Below, piece by piece: positions 46,544 to 60,775 of a stretch of 64,000 nt of DNA. The notes beneath the pieces are model-generated. The model was not told where the DNA came from. It ran no database searches and worked only from the letters and a program-made list of their open reading frames with translations. A program made the translations under genes and the position numbers. The DNA comes from the human T2T-CHM13v2.0 reference genome, Homo sapiens. Position 1 is the stretch's first letter. Every line of letters starts with the position of its first letter. The stretch lies in NCBI RefSeq assembly GCF_009914755.1, contig NC_060939.1. One strand, 5' to 3'.

Positions 46544-47160
46544 CAGAAAGCTTATTTTTGATGGGCAGTGTCCACGTCACCATACTGTGAGCTCCATGAA
46601 GGCAACCCATCGTCACTCTTGTCCCCTGCTCTGTTCCCACACCTGGCTTACTGCCTGTCTCATGGTTGGAGCCCAGGAGGTACTTATGGAGTGGATGGAA
46701 TAATGAATATTTCTAGACCGCTGAAGCTGCTTTAGTGAACGTCACACAGAACAGTGACTGCACTCTTTCTGCCAGTCTAGTGAAAGCCCCCTTTGCTTGC
46801 CCTAGGCCCAGTTTATGACCCATCTTGTCATTTCTTCACCACCTCTCACACCTGTTCACTTTACTACCCCTTCCCTCACCACTGCTTCTTCTCTGGGCTG
46901 TTGACATAGCCTCCTTACAACTCTCACAGCCTCCCCCAGTCCTCTTCTGTCCCCCAGTTTCTAATCTGTCTTATCTTTGCCAGATGTTGGATTCATAAGC
47001 CTTGCTCTTATCCTGACCTGTCACATCAAAGCCCCTGTACTGGCTCTTGATATCCACAAAAGAAGAGCCAACAGGAAACTGGCCCCAGCTCCCTTCCTAT
47101 ATCCCAGCTCCCATTGGCCCTCTGGAGGGCTCTTGATTTTGGTCAAAGTCTATCTGCATG

Positions 47161-47473
47161 TTTGTTGTTGTTTTTTGTTTGTTTGTTTGTTTGTTTTTTG
47201 AGACGGAATCTCGCCCCGATGCCCAGCTGGATTGCAATGGCACGATCTTGGCTCACAGCAACCTCCACCTCCCAGGTTCAAGCGATTCTTCTGCCTCAGC
47301 CTCCTGTGTAGCTAGGATTACAGGTGCAACCACACCCTGCTAACTTTTTGTATCTTTAGTAGAGACGGGGTTTCACCATGTTGGCTAGGCTGGTCTTGAA
47401 CTCCCGACCTCATGATCCGCCCATCTCGGCCTCCCAAAGTGCTGGGATTACAGGCATGAGCCACTGCGCCCAG
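47161..47473 (-). mobile_element. AluS
   Basis: Antisense Alu. Confidence 0.9.
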
Positions 47474-47691
47474 CTGCCTTCATGTTTTTAAAACTGCCCT
47501 TTCCTGCTGAAACCGAACCTATCCTGTCTGCATGGCCTCTCAAAAGAACGAAAGAACCAGGGCTTCGGGATCAGAGAGATGTGGGTTCAAACTCTAGTCA
47601 CCTATTTCCTAACCAAGGGGACATTGAAAAATTCCTTAACCTGAGTCTCAGTGCTCTTTTCTCTAGATGGGCAATAAAAAGTACCTACCTT

Positions 47692-47824
47692 TACTTGGGA
47701 GGCTGAGACAGGAGGATCCTTTGGGTCCAGGAAGTTGAGGCTGCAGTGAGCTATGAAGCACCACTATGCTCCAACCCGAGTGACAAAGGGAGACCTCATC
47801 TCTAAAACAAAACAAAACAAAAAA
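47692..47824 (+). mobile_element. 5'-truncated Alu right arm inside a MIR
   Basis: TSD aaaagtacctacc on both sides. Confidence 0.8.
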
Positions 47825-48362
47825 GTACCTACCCTGGGTTTGTGTAAGGAGATGGTATGTATAAAGGGGGCCTGGCATATACTAACAATGTAGGAATTTA
47901 AAACATAGTAGATATGATTTTTGGTAATTCCTGCCTAAAGAAAAAAAGGCTAAAAATAAGGGTATAATTAATTAATTGTTTTCTAATTCTTTCCCAGCCG
48001 TAACACTGAAGGTTGCTTCCCTAGGGAGGGAATTACCTGGGTAGAGATTAAGTGTGGGTGCTGCTGCCCCCAGCCTAATGGGTCACATGCCCTAAAGAGA
48101 AGCTGGTCAGTCACAATGCTCCCTCCAGCTCCTCTCTACCTTGGGATAGAGGCCTCATGGGTTAAAAGACCAACCAAACAACAACAGGACACAATAGAGA
48201 AAATAGCCAGTGAGGGAGAACTTTTTCATCCTTTCCCACAGACATATGGGATCATTTCATGTGTGAACATCATGAAGGAGGAAGACAAAGACAAACAGAA
48301 AGTGGTCCTCCTAACTGGGTGCTCCCTGAGGGAGAGGCATGAGCCTGATGATGATTGGAGAT

Positions 48363-49095
<733 letters not shown>

Positions 49096-50094
49096 GAGTT
49101 GCTCCAAGAAGAAGACGCTTAAAACCTTTCCAAAGCAAATGGGTCTCCTTGGAGTAGAAAGCTCCCCAACATCAATGAGATTCTAGAGGGAACATTATGA
49201 TCACATATCAGGGAAGAGAGTGAAGCTTCAAATGGGCTCTGATTAGATGCTCTCTAAAGCCCAGCTTCATTCTGGGTTCTGCAACTGAAGAGGCTTTAGG
49301 GTTAAAAGGGCTTCCAGTTGCTTGAAAAGCAAAAATAAAAAGAAGAAGCTCATATGTCAATAAGGTAAGTCATTAAGAAAGTAGGTGCTTTTAATACCAG
49401 GTAATGTCAGCATAAGAATATGTATACAAAGGTGGGTTATTTTTAGTATTGGTTGAAGGCACATTATTCTTTTGACAATTAGAATAAAGAAAGCAATTAG
49501 AAACTCCAGGAAAATGAAAAGCTGTGCAGAAAAAGCTGTAGCCCAAATATAAAGCAAATGAAATGTGGCATGTCTTTGAGCAGCTGATGGAGCATAAGAA
49601 AATTGAATACATTTGACCTTGATGCTAAGGACCCCTTCTGAGCAGCCTGGGCATCATGACATTGGATCAGAAAGGAAAGAAATGTAATTCTTGGATATTC
49701 CTTGGCTCAGCGGTGACAGTGAACTGTACTCACACAGGCATGAGAATGTAATATTGGTTTATTGATTTTTTCAGAGTCAATTTATGGACAAAATGCAGCT
49801 GTTATAATAATGACTTCAGAATAGTATCTAAATGTTATCATCATTTAAAATGTAAAAGTAAGACTATTAAAGACTTGAGAGATAGAGGAGAGATAGAAGT
49901 CGGTTTCTTATTTTACATAGTGGGAAGTCATTCGATTGTATCTTCACTCTATGGAGTAGGATGTAGGTCTATTACTTAGAGCTCAAAGGTAACCAGTGGA
50001 AGAACCAAGAATATTTTAACTCGCAAAAACCAGGAGGAATGAAGAGTGATGAAAGGGAGCCATGCGTATGAACTAAAACCTTGTTTTTCCCAGC

Positions 50095-50730
<636 letters not shown>

Positions 50731-50843
50731 AAATTTTGAATTTGGCCTTCCACGTAGTTATTAAGACACATTTGTCATGGATTGGAGAACAGAACATATT
50801 AAATCTTTTGTAGAATTTATAACTTTAAAATATTTACACATAT

Positions 50844-51509
<666 letters not shown>

Positions 51510-53019
51510 TTACACATATGGTATATGGGCCTCCAATTATTCTTTTGTCACAGGCCCTGCAAATGTTATGGGCAGGCCTGACGTGTGTAACCACAGCCGA
51601 AGAAGAACCAGAAACCATCAGTTGTTGCTCTGGAGAGTGCATAAGAGAAGGCGAGGGTGGGAGAAGGAGGATCGTAGTGTTTTGTTAGAGGCCTCTCTGT
51701 CAATGTGATGCTCTGTTTTGCCATTTGCATGCTTCACTTCAATAAAACTTATGAAAATTATCCAAGTTCTCACCTCCTCCCTTGAGTCTTCCTGATCCGC
51801 AGCTCTCACCTCTCTTCTCTCAGCTTCTACAACCCTCAGCAGCTGTGCCGCCTTCTGTCCTGCTTGGCCTGCTCTCCCAGAGGCCCCTGAAGACAATACC
51901 ACCTCCCCAGGCCCACTGGCCACCTGTCTTCTTGTCTCCCCCGAGAGGTTCCCTGGGCTGAGGTCAGCACAGCCTGCTTGCCCTGCCTCCTCTTGGTCAG
52001 CATTCTCTGCCAGAGCTTCTCTCCTCCCTCCATCTCTAGCCTGGTGCTCCCACCTGTACCTCCTGGTAGCCCCTCAGGGTTGGGAGAAGGCCAAGCTCTG
52101 CCCACAGTCTCTGTCTGGTGGCTGGGGGTGGGTGGGGAGGTGTTGCATGGAACAGCGCTGCAGCCTCACCTCTTCGTGAGAAGCAGGTGTCTGCCAAGCC
52201 AGATGGGTTTCTGCTGTCAGTGAGAGGCTCCACCTTCCTCCTGACTGTCCCAGGCCTTTGCCACCACTGTTCTCTTTATGTCTCAGTCTCCCTCCCTCCC
52301 CCTTCCCTCACCCTTGCTTTCTGCTGGGTCCCCCCGTTTCTCCTTTTCTCTCTCTCTGCATTACCCTCCAAGCCCTTTACCCTCAATTCCATCTTCCCCT
52401 GGAGCAGAGGGATTATTGTGACTCCCCCATTCCAGACCCCAGATCCTGCTTCATCATCAGGGTTAAACTAACCCTGCCCCACCCACTCAACCTGCACCCG
52501 CGTCTAATCCAGACCCTTCATGCTGACCCCTAACAAATGGCCCTTGGCCCATTCCTAGTGCCCCACAGCTAACAGAGGGTCGTGATCCTGACCCTATAGC
52601 ACTGGTTCCAATCTAGAACTTTAAACTGAACACTCACTGTCATTCATAACACTCCCCAGTCCCACCCCTACCCTTTGGGAAGGGCTGGGGCTGAAAACTC
52701 GAGGTCTGTGATGTATCCTGGGGGTGCGGCCAAGTTCTGCATTCCTGGAAACTGGGACTGGCTTGGGGAAAAACAAAAATAATTCCTATGAAGTATGCTT
52801 CAATTGGTGCTACTGCTGAAAATAGTCCCTGAGGATGAACATGAAGGTCAGGAGAGAGCAGTGGGAATGGTGCCAGGAGAGGGGACCAGAAAAGTGGCTG
52901 GAGATGGCCCTGAGTGGAAGGGCAGTGACAGTCAGCAGGGAGGGCTTAGGAGGCCCTGGGCAGACGGAGGAGGGAGGAGAGAGGGGGGCAAAGGCTCCAG
53001 CTGGAAGGTCAAGGTTATT

Positions 53020-53450
53020 GTTCATTCATTCCTTTGTTCAGCAACTATTTGTTAAGCACCTACTAAGTGGCAGGCCCTTTGCTGGGCACTAGGGGGATAG
53101 CAGTGGACAGAACGAAGTACCCACCTGTGTGGAGCTCACATTCAGATTGCGGAGATAGACAGGAAACACACTAACAGAGATGTCAGGGGAGGGGAGGGAA
53201 GAAGGACAAGTAAGGCAAGGTGAGGAGACAGCAAGGGACAAAGACTGTTTATATAGAGTGGCCTGGGAAGGCCTTTCTGGGGAGCTGGCATTTGAACAAA
53301 TCTCAAAAGACAAGAGGAAGGGAGCCCTGCAGGTGTGGACAGACTTTGTCCAGTTAGAGGAAATAGTAGGAGCAGCAGCCCCAAGGTGGGAGCAGGGCAC
53401 ACGTGGGGCTGCACACAGTGAGCAGGGCCAGAGCAAAGGGGGGTGAGGCC
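53020..53450 (-). mobile_element. L2 3' fragment
   Basis: ttcattcattc...aagcacctacta...ctgggcactagggg...gagctcacattc. Confidence 0.65.
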
Positions 53451-54743
53451 AGGGAAAGTGGCCAGGTTGCCCACCAAGGCTCACCTGGGTTCCTAGGTCA
53501 GAGATCCTGAGAAGAGGGGAGAAGCCCTCATGCCCAAGTGGTGGGAAGGGGTGGAGGAGAATGGGGAGGAAATGGGAGTGAGGCCACCCCAGGTAAGGTC
53601 AGCTGCAACCTCTGGGCTAGGGTGACGCCAGAAGAGAAGATAGGGCCTGCAGTGCCTCTCCCCCATCCACAGCCCTGGGTGCACATGCCACGAGCTCCTG
53701 CTCACTCCACCTCACATCCCCACACTTGTGCATGAACAACACACACACATGGAGAATAGTCACAGGCTCACCTTTCACATGCATGCACACAGAAATTGTG
53801 CATGAACACACGCATGCACACGGGCCCCTTGTGTTAGTGTAGACATTTTTGAGAATTCTAAACAGGCAGAATATAGGGGCCAAAGGACTTTAGACCAACT
53901 CTCACGTATGACAGAGGCACTAAGGCCTAGAAAAAGGAAGCCTCATAATTTGGTGACCTAGGCAGATCACTCTATGTCCCCCCATGCATGTGCATGTTGT
54001 GTGTGTGTGCGCGCACACACACACACACACACATGCACGCACGCAGTCCCACCAGCTGTCCAAAGCTCCTTCCATAACCCTATCTTCTCAACAGCCTCTC
54101 TCTCCCAGGACACCCACAGGCTTAACCAAGTCCCACCAGGAGTGCCCCGAGTTTCCTCCCAGCTATTCCAGCAGGCTGCTGGGGGGAATACAGTGTCGGG
54201 ACCAAGACAGACTCTGCCCCTCTTGGTGGGATGGCTACAGCCCACAACCACAGCTGACCACAGCAGCCCCCGACTGCCTCTCTCCTCTCAGAGCCTGTTT
54301 CCGGGTTCAGACCTTCTTCCTCCATCTCTCTTTCTGGGTCTTTCTCCCTTGCTTCCTTTCTCTACCTCCAGAAAGGAGGTTGTGATTCTCTGTTTTTCCC
54401 TCTCTTTCCTGGTGTCTCTCTCATTTCTCTGTTTCTCTCCAGTTTTCTGTCTCTGCTGGGCTTGTCCCTCTCGCTCCATCTTCTCATCAGGATCTTTTTT
54501 TTTGCCTTCCAGGAAAAGCTGACGTGGTGCCCCTGGTCAGTGGGAGTGAGGCCTTCTGGGGTGGGGGAGTCCTGGTTGAGCAGCCACAGCTGGGGTGCGG
54601 CTGGCGCCCTGGCTAGGGGCAGCAGGAGCAGGAGCAGAGCGAGAGGCAGCGGAATGGGAGGAGAGAGGGCTGGACCTCTGCAGGCAGGAAGGGGAGCAGG
54701 GGGAAAGAAAAACTGTGGGAGGGAGTGAGCCCCCCTCCCCTGC

Positions 54744-54859
54744 TAGGGTGACCAACTGTACTGGTTTGCTGAGACTGTCTCGATTTTAGCATGGAAAGTC
54801 CCATGTCCCAGAAAACCCATCAGTTCCAGGTGAACCAGGACTGTTGGCTGGTCACCCTA
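54744..54859. mobile_element. MER81-type MITE (hAT-Blackjack family)
   Basis: Perfect 11-bp TIRs TAGGGTGACCA...TGGTCACCCTA, 116 bp, with internal GTCCC/GGGAC-like motifs. Confidence 0.85.
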
Positions 54860-57669
54860 CAAGCTGCCAGGGACCCACAGGAGACAGGGCCAGGACTCAC
54901 AGGAGGGGCTCCCAAGCTTGGCCTCCTAGTTCTGGGGACAGTCAGGGCCGCACATACTCACCAAGGGTCCCCATCTCAGGCCTGAGCCCAATTTAGAGGA
55001 GGCCAGGAGAGGGGAGATGGCAGCCCAGACAGCCCACAGGAAGCTCCCAGCCTGAAAAGATCAGGGAGCCCGACTTCTGACTTGTCTCCCTGCCTGCTGG
55101 CATGATCTCCTGTGAGGTGGGCTTTACAGAAAGAACTTGAGCTCTGACAGCAAGAGAAGAGCAGAGGGGCAACCCAGGAGGTCATACGCCCCATCCTCAG
55201 AGGCCTGCACAACTGCTCCTGGGCTCTGCTGAGGAGCAGGCCCACCTGTCCCACTGTGAGACACCTTGGAGAGTCAATAGTCCTTGGCTGAGATCCTGGC
55301 GGCCTTATTGTCCTTCCTGGTGGAAGCGGGTATGGCCACACCTTGCAGGCAGTGGCAGGACCTGAGCAGACCAGGAAGATACATCAGTGACCAGCACGCA
55401 CAGTCTCATTTCTGCCCAGGTGGGCTGGTCCCTCCCACTTTTCCCGCCCTCAGCCCCCCACATCTGTTTTGAGGTGGGAGTCTGAGCTTAGTGTTTGGCT
55501 GTCATTAAGGTCTTAGGTAGGGAATGAGGGGACAGACTCCCTGCCCCCAGAAGGCTGCTGACATACTCACCCACCCAACAGAGCATGGGTCTCCTACACT
55601 GTATGAAATATTCTCTAAAATGTCTTGGGCATGCCCCTTCCCTAGCCTGGGCCCAAAGGCCCTATCTGTAAGTTGATGAGGAGATGAAGTGGGTGAGCTC
55701 TAAAATGCTTCCTTCTGATGACCACCCAACTTGTCCATCATGCCATGAAGGGGGCGCTTACAGAGTGTCTTCCCTGTGCTGGAGATCAATAGCACCTGGG
55801 AAGTTAAGGCCTCTGCCCTCAGTGGGCTTCCTCTCTAGTAAGGGGTCGCACATTAAGCACGCATGAATAAATAATCACAGCTTATAGGAGGAGCTATGAA
55901 GAAAAGTCAGGAATGTCTGAGAGAACAGTCACTGGGAACTGAGGGCTGAGGAGGTGCTTGTACTCTGACCCTGATGTGCTTGCAAGGAGGGAGGTGGGGT
56001 GGGAACTATGAGCTCCTCAGAGCACCCTGGAGGTAAAGCTGGTGGCACAGACTTTGTGCAGGTGAGGGTGTGTGTATGGGCTGTGCAGAACATAGTGAAG
56101 CCCCCTCCACCAGGAAGCCCTCCCTGACTGACACTGAGGTCACTGAGTCTCCCCTCTGGTTTACTGAACCCTGGATGTGTTTCTTGCAGCCTCTGGTTGG
56201 CCCACCAAATTCAGGACTTTCCTAGAAATTCTCCAGCACAGTCAGGATGATGCAAGAGAGGGCTTCCTCTGCAGGGGAAAGAGAGGGGGCTCTCCATTGG
56301 ACCATAATAATATCCTCAGCATCAGACTCGGGTGTTTTGCAGGCAGCATGCTGGGGACTTCTGTGGCCTTGCTTGGTGACAGGGAATGGGGTGTGATGAG
56401 CTGGGGCAGGCTTCCTGGGGATGCTTTCAGCCAAAGATGAGCCCTGTCTGCCCTTGGCCCTGCTGAGAGGGTAAGTTGAGTCATGAGCAGAATTCAACCA
56501 GTTATCAGATGGAAGGCCAAGGAAGCTTGGGGAGGGCTACTGAGGGGATACGGTAGGCTTGTCTGTGGAGAGCAAAATTCTTCAGTCTACAAAGTTCTTT
56601 TCTGGGCTCCTTCATCTTTCGGTTTCTCTTCCAGCTCCCTCGTTTTGGGCCTCTTTTGTTTCCCCATTCCCCTCCCCTGGGCCTTCCCGTTTGGAAAAGG
56701 GGTCACATATCCTCACCCTGGAGGCGTCTGCCCCTTCCACACAGTTGGTGTTGGAACAGTGGAGCTCAGAGAGGCCGATGCTGACCGCGTAGATGTCCAG
56801 CACCAACAGTGGGATTTTGGGCCCTGTGGGGGACACAGAGAGAACTCTCCGGGAGTGCGGCCCCTTGGCCTCCCCTCTGGGTGCCCAGTGGGCAGTGGGC
56901 CTGGGTGGCTCAGAATCCCAGCCAGGAGCACTGAAGGTCAACAGGCTCCCGCCCTGAGTTTTCTGAGCCAGGCCTCCCTGTTTCCTCCCCAGCCAGTGGG
57001 GAGCGCAGTGAGGGGCGGGGCCTGGAGTCTTGGGAGCTCCCTGGACAACAACATGCATTTAGCGCAGCTCAGTCTCAGAGCCAGCAGGATATGTTTTCTT
57101 AAAAAAAAAAAAAATGCCTAACATCTTGGCTTTCACCGAAGGGTTGGTATCTGCTTTGTACACTTTGGCCTTCTTGGCTTTTCACTGAAACACACACACA
57201 TGGATGCACACTCACTTCCACACACAAACCCACACCAAGACAGACACACACACACACTCACACACAAACTCATGTACATGGTTTCATACCCACATCCATG
57301 CAAACACACATACAAATCCAGAAATACGCACCCTCACACCCACAAACTTGTACACACACACACACGTATACACACCAACACACATACAACCCTGGCTTGG
57401 ACAAAAGCTTCCCGTTTTTTCTTGTTTGAAGTGGAAATCTCCCACCTTCCATGAGATTCAATTTCTCGCCCTTCCCCCGCTAAAATCCTCCTGGCCCCAT
57501 CATTTCTTGGGTCCTTTCCAGACAGTGCTGTGTCTTTAAGGAAGTTGAAGCTGCTAAAAGTGAGTGAGAGAGAGAGAAAAAACACAACCCAAAAAAATTT
57601 GGCATCTCTTCCCCCCTCAAGTTTCTGGTGTCACTTATGAAACACAGGTCCTTGTTGCTGCAGAGAAGC

Positions 57670-57939
57670 AGTTGTTTTGCTGGAAGGAGGGAGTGCGCGG
57701 GCTGCCCCGGGCTCCTCCCTGCCGCCTCCTCTCAGTGGATGGTTCCAGGCACCCTGTCTGGGGCAGGGAGGGCACAGGCCTGCACATCGAAGGTGGGGTG
57801 GGACCAGGCTGCCCCTCGCCCCAGCATCCAAGTCCTCCCTTGGGCGCCCGTGGCCCTGCAGACTCTCAGGGCTAAGGTCCTCTGTTGCTTTTTGGTTCCA
57901 CCTTAGAAGAGGCTCCGCTTGACTAAGAGTAGCTTGAAG
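57670..57939 (+). other. ISLR: ISLR distal alternative first exon (5' end approximate)
   Basis: Strong donor GAAG|gtaagc at 57939/57940, about 830 nt upstream of the coding-exon acceptor. Confidence 0.65.
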
Positions 57940-58479
57940 GTAAGCCAGTGGGGAGGAGGGCTCCAGGGCCAGCGGCGGGAGCGGGAGGCCTGTTGGACAT
58001 AGGGGCTGGTTCCCTCTTGGTCCATCCCTGCTGGTCTGAGGTGCATGGGACAATCCCTAGCTTGGAGCCGTCCAGGGGGCATCTGCTTCTTCCACAACCC
58101 ACAACTGAGGCCCCAGAAATCCCAGCTGCGTTTGGGCTGAGCCTCTGGCCTCACCCAAGTCAGCTGAGAGGTCCTGGCGGGGGTTTATTTAGGCAGCTGC
58201 CTGGCTAAGTTTGAACAGAACAGGCCACGGGTGTGATTCCACAGAAAAGGCCTGGTGTCTGCTGCGGTCATGGCCGGAGGAGCGGGAGAGGGCGGGTGGA
58301 GTGGATGGGGGTGGTGTGCACTGCACAAGGGGCCTCGTCTGGGCCAAGGCAAAGCATACCTATGGGGGGCTCCGGTGGGAGGGACTGCGGCCAGGATGTG
58401 GGAGGGCAGGGGGAGGTTCTGCAAAGTGCTGGGGGAGGGGGGTGGCTGGAAAACAGATTTCAAGTCATAAAGTCAGCTA

Positions 58480-58573
58480 GGAACAGGCCGAGGCAGGGAG
58501 AACTCTCCACTCGGAGGAGGAGCTGGGGTCCTCTTCCATCCCGTCTTCATCCTGCCTGGCTGCGTGACCTCGG
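58480..58573 (+). other. ISLR: ISLR proximal alternative first exon ending at a GC donor (197-nt GC-AG intron 58574-58770)
   Basis: CGG|gcaagt matches the GC-variant donor consensus. The spliced junction ...gtgacctcgg|gaggcaccATG agrees with my recall of ISLR mRNA. TATA-like cataaa at 58466-58471. Confidence 0.6.
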
Positions 58574-58626
58574 GCAAGTCTCCGCCCTTCTCTTGGCCTC
58601 AGTTTCTCCTTCCGTAGGATGGGGGC
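58545..58626 (+). mobile_element. MIR core relic overlapping the ISLR proximal exon 1 donor
   Basis: ctggctgcgtgacctcgggcaagtctccgcccttctcttggcctcagtttctccttccgtaggatgggg versus MIR core ctagctgtgtgaccttgggcaagttacttaacctctctgtgcctcagtttcctcatctgtaaaatgggg. Confidence 0.75.
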
Positions 58627-58778
58627 GGTGGGCTAGGTGGTGTTGGGATTTAGCTGGGTTATGTGGGACAGGGCCTCCTGATGGGAAAGAGCTCTGGCTG
58701 GGCTTGTGGGAGGAATGAGTCCCTTTGGCAGGTTCTCGGGATCCCCTGGGTGACATGCCTTTCTCTGCAGGAGGCACC

Positions 58779-60065
58779 ATGCAGGAGCTGCATCTGCTCT
58801 GGTGGGCGCTTCTCCTGGGCCTGGCTCAGGCCTGCCCTGAGCCCTGCGACTGTGGGGAAAAGTATGGCTTCCAGATCGCCGACTGTGCCTACCGCGACCT
58901 AGAATCCGTGCCGCCTGGCTTCCCGGCCAATGTGACTACACTGAGCCTGTCAGCCAACCGGCTGCCAGGCTTGCCGGAGGGTGCCTTCAGGGAGGTGCCC
59001 CTGCTGCAGTCGCTGTGGCTGGCACACAATGAGATCCGCACGGTGGCCGCCGGAGCCCTGGCCTCTCTGAGCCATCTCAAGAGCCTGGACCTCAGCCACA
59101 ATCTCATCTCTGACTTTGCCTGGAGCGACCTGCACAACCTCAGTGCCCTCCAATTGCTCAAGATGGACAGCAACGAGCTGACCTTCATCCCCCGCGACGC
59201 CTTCCGCAGCCTCCGTGCTCTGCGCTCGCTGCAACTCAACCACAACCGCTTGCACACATTGGCCGAGGGCACCTTCACCCCGCTCACCGCGCTGTCCCAC
59301 CTGCAGATCAACGAGAACCCCTTCGACTGCACCTGCGGCATCGTGTGGCTCAAGACATGGGCCCTGACCACGGCCGTGTCCATCCCGGAGCAGGACAACA
59401 TCGCCTGCACCTCACCCCATGTGCTCAAGGGTACACCGCTGAGCCGCCTGCCGCCACTGCCATGCTCGGCGCCCTCAGTGCAGCTCAGCTACCAACCCAG
59501 CCAGGATGGTGCCGAGCTGCGGCCTGGTTTTGTGCTGGCACTGCACTGTGATGTGGACGGGCAGCCGGCCCCTCAGCTTCACTGGCACATCCAGATACCC
59601 AGTGGCATTGTGGAGATCACCAGCCCCAACGTGGGCACTGATGGGCGTGCCCTGCCTGGCACCCCTGTGGCCAGCTCCCAGCCGCGCTTCCAGGCCTTTG
59701 CCAATGGCAGCCTGCTTATCCCCGACTTTGGCAAGCTGGAGGAAGGCACCTACAGCTGCCTGGCCACCAATGAGCTGGGCAGTGCTGAGAGCTCAGTGGA
59801 CGTGGCACTGGCCACGCCCGGTGAGGGTGGTGAGGACACACTGGGGCGCAGGTTCCATGGCAAAGCGGTTGAGGGAAAGGGCTGCTATACGGTTGACAAC
59901 GAGGTGCAGCCATCAGGGCCGGAGGACAATGTGGTCATCATCTACCTCAGCCGTGCTGGGAACCCTGAGGCTGCAGTCGCAGAAGGGGTCCCTGGGCAGC
60001 TGCCCCCAGGCCTGCTCCTGCTGGGCCAAAGCCTCCTCCTCTTCTTCTTCCTCACCTCCTTCTAG
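58779..60065 (+). CDS. ISLR: Immunoglobulin superfamily containing leucine-rich repeat (Meflin), 428 aa, single coding exon, GPI-type C-terminus
   Basis: Kozak gcaccATGc follows the acceptor ctctgcag at 58763-58770. Product: signal peptide MQELHLLWWALLLGLAQA, LRRNT/LRR/LRRCT, Ig domain (LHC..W..GTYSCLATN), and a hydrophobic extreme C-terminus (LLLLGQSLLLFFFLTSF) with no cytoplasmic tail. Clear paralog of ISLR2. Confidence 0.97.
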   Translation: MQELHLLWWALLLGLAQACPEPCDCGEKYGFQIADCAYRDLESVPPGFPANVTTLSLSANRLPGLPEGAFREVPLLQSLWLAHNEIRTVAAGALASLSHLKSLDLSHNLISDFAWSDLHNLSALQLLKMDSNELTFIPRDAFRSLRALRSLQLNHNRLHTLAEGTFTPLTALSHLQINENPFDCTCGIVWLKTWALTTAVSIPEQDNIACTSPHVLKGTPLSRLPPLPCSAPSVQLSYQPSQDGAELRPGFVLALHCDVDGQPAPQLHWHIQIPSGIVEITSPNVGTDGRALPGTPVASSQPRFQAFANGSLLIPDFGKLEEGTYSCLATNELGSAESSVDVALATPGEGGEDTLGRRFHGKAVEGKGCYTVDNEVQPSGPEDNVVIIYLSRAGNPEAAVAEGVPGQLPPGLLLLGQSLLLFFFLTSF

Positions 60066-60769
60066 CCCCACCCAGGGCTTCCCTAACTCCTCCCCTTGCC
60101 CCTACCAATGCCCCTTTAAGTGCTGCAGGGGTCTGGGGTTGGCAACTCCTGAGGCCTGCATGGGTGACTTCACATTTTCCTACCTCTCCTTCTAATCTCT
60201 TCTAGAGCACCTGCTATCCCCAACTTCTAGACCTGCTCCAAACTAGTGACTAGGATAGAATTTGATCCCCTAACTCACTGTCTGCGGTGCTCATTGCTGC
60301 TAACAGCATTGCCTGTGCTCTCCTCTCAGGGGCAGCATGCTAACGGGGCGACGTCCTAATCCAACTGGGAGAAGCCTCAGTGGTGGAATTCCAGGCACTG
60401 TGACTGTCAAGCTGGCAAGGGCCAGGATTGGGGGAATGGAGCTGGGGCTTAGCTGGGAGGTGGTCTGAAGCAGACAGGGAATGGGAGAGGAGGATGGGAA
60501 GTAGACAGTGGCTGGTATGGCTCTGAGGCTCCCTGGGGCCTGCTCAAGCTCCTCCTGCTCCTTGCTGTTTTCTGATGATTTGGGGGCTTGGGAGTCCCTT
60601 TGTCCTCATCTGAGACTGAAATGTGGGGATCCAGGATGGCCTTCCTTCCTCTTACCCTTCCTCCCTCAGCCTGCAACCTCTATCCTGGAACCTGTCCTCC
60701 CTTTCTCCCCAACTATGCATCTGTTGTCTGCTCCTCTGCAAAGGCCAGCCAGCTTGGGAGCAGCAGAGA

Positions 60770-60775
60770 AATAAA
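60770..60775 (+). terminator. ISLR: ISLR polyadenylation signal
   Basis: AATAAA about 700 nt after the stop, followed by GT-rich sequence. Confidence 0.8.

Noticed and set aside
52990-53020. AGGTCA-AGGTTA direct repeat as a retinoic-acid response element
   Set aside because: DR0 spacing with an imperfect half-site; such hexamers are common, including in Alus.
56483-57121. 212-aa ORF upstream of ISLR, and the many other 60-200 aa ORFs in the track
   Set aside because: No domains, low complexity, or Alu-derived translations; these are expected background in GC-rich human DNA.
58725-58778. N-terminal extension of the ISLR ORF, including an in-frame ATG at 58755
   Set aside because: Mostly upstream of the acceptor at 58770; it would matter only with intron retention, for which I have no evidence.
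59506-60195. 229-aa alternative-frame ORF overlapping ISLR with a good Kozak ATG
   Set aside because: Long shadow ORFs are expected in GC-rich coding DNA. It has no recognisable domain and the ATG is far downstream of the main start.
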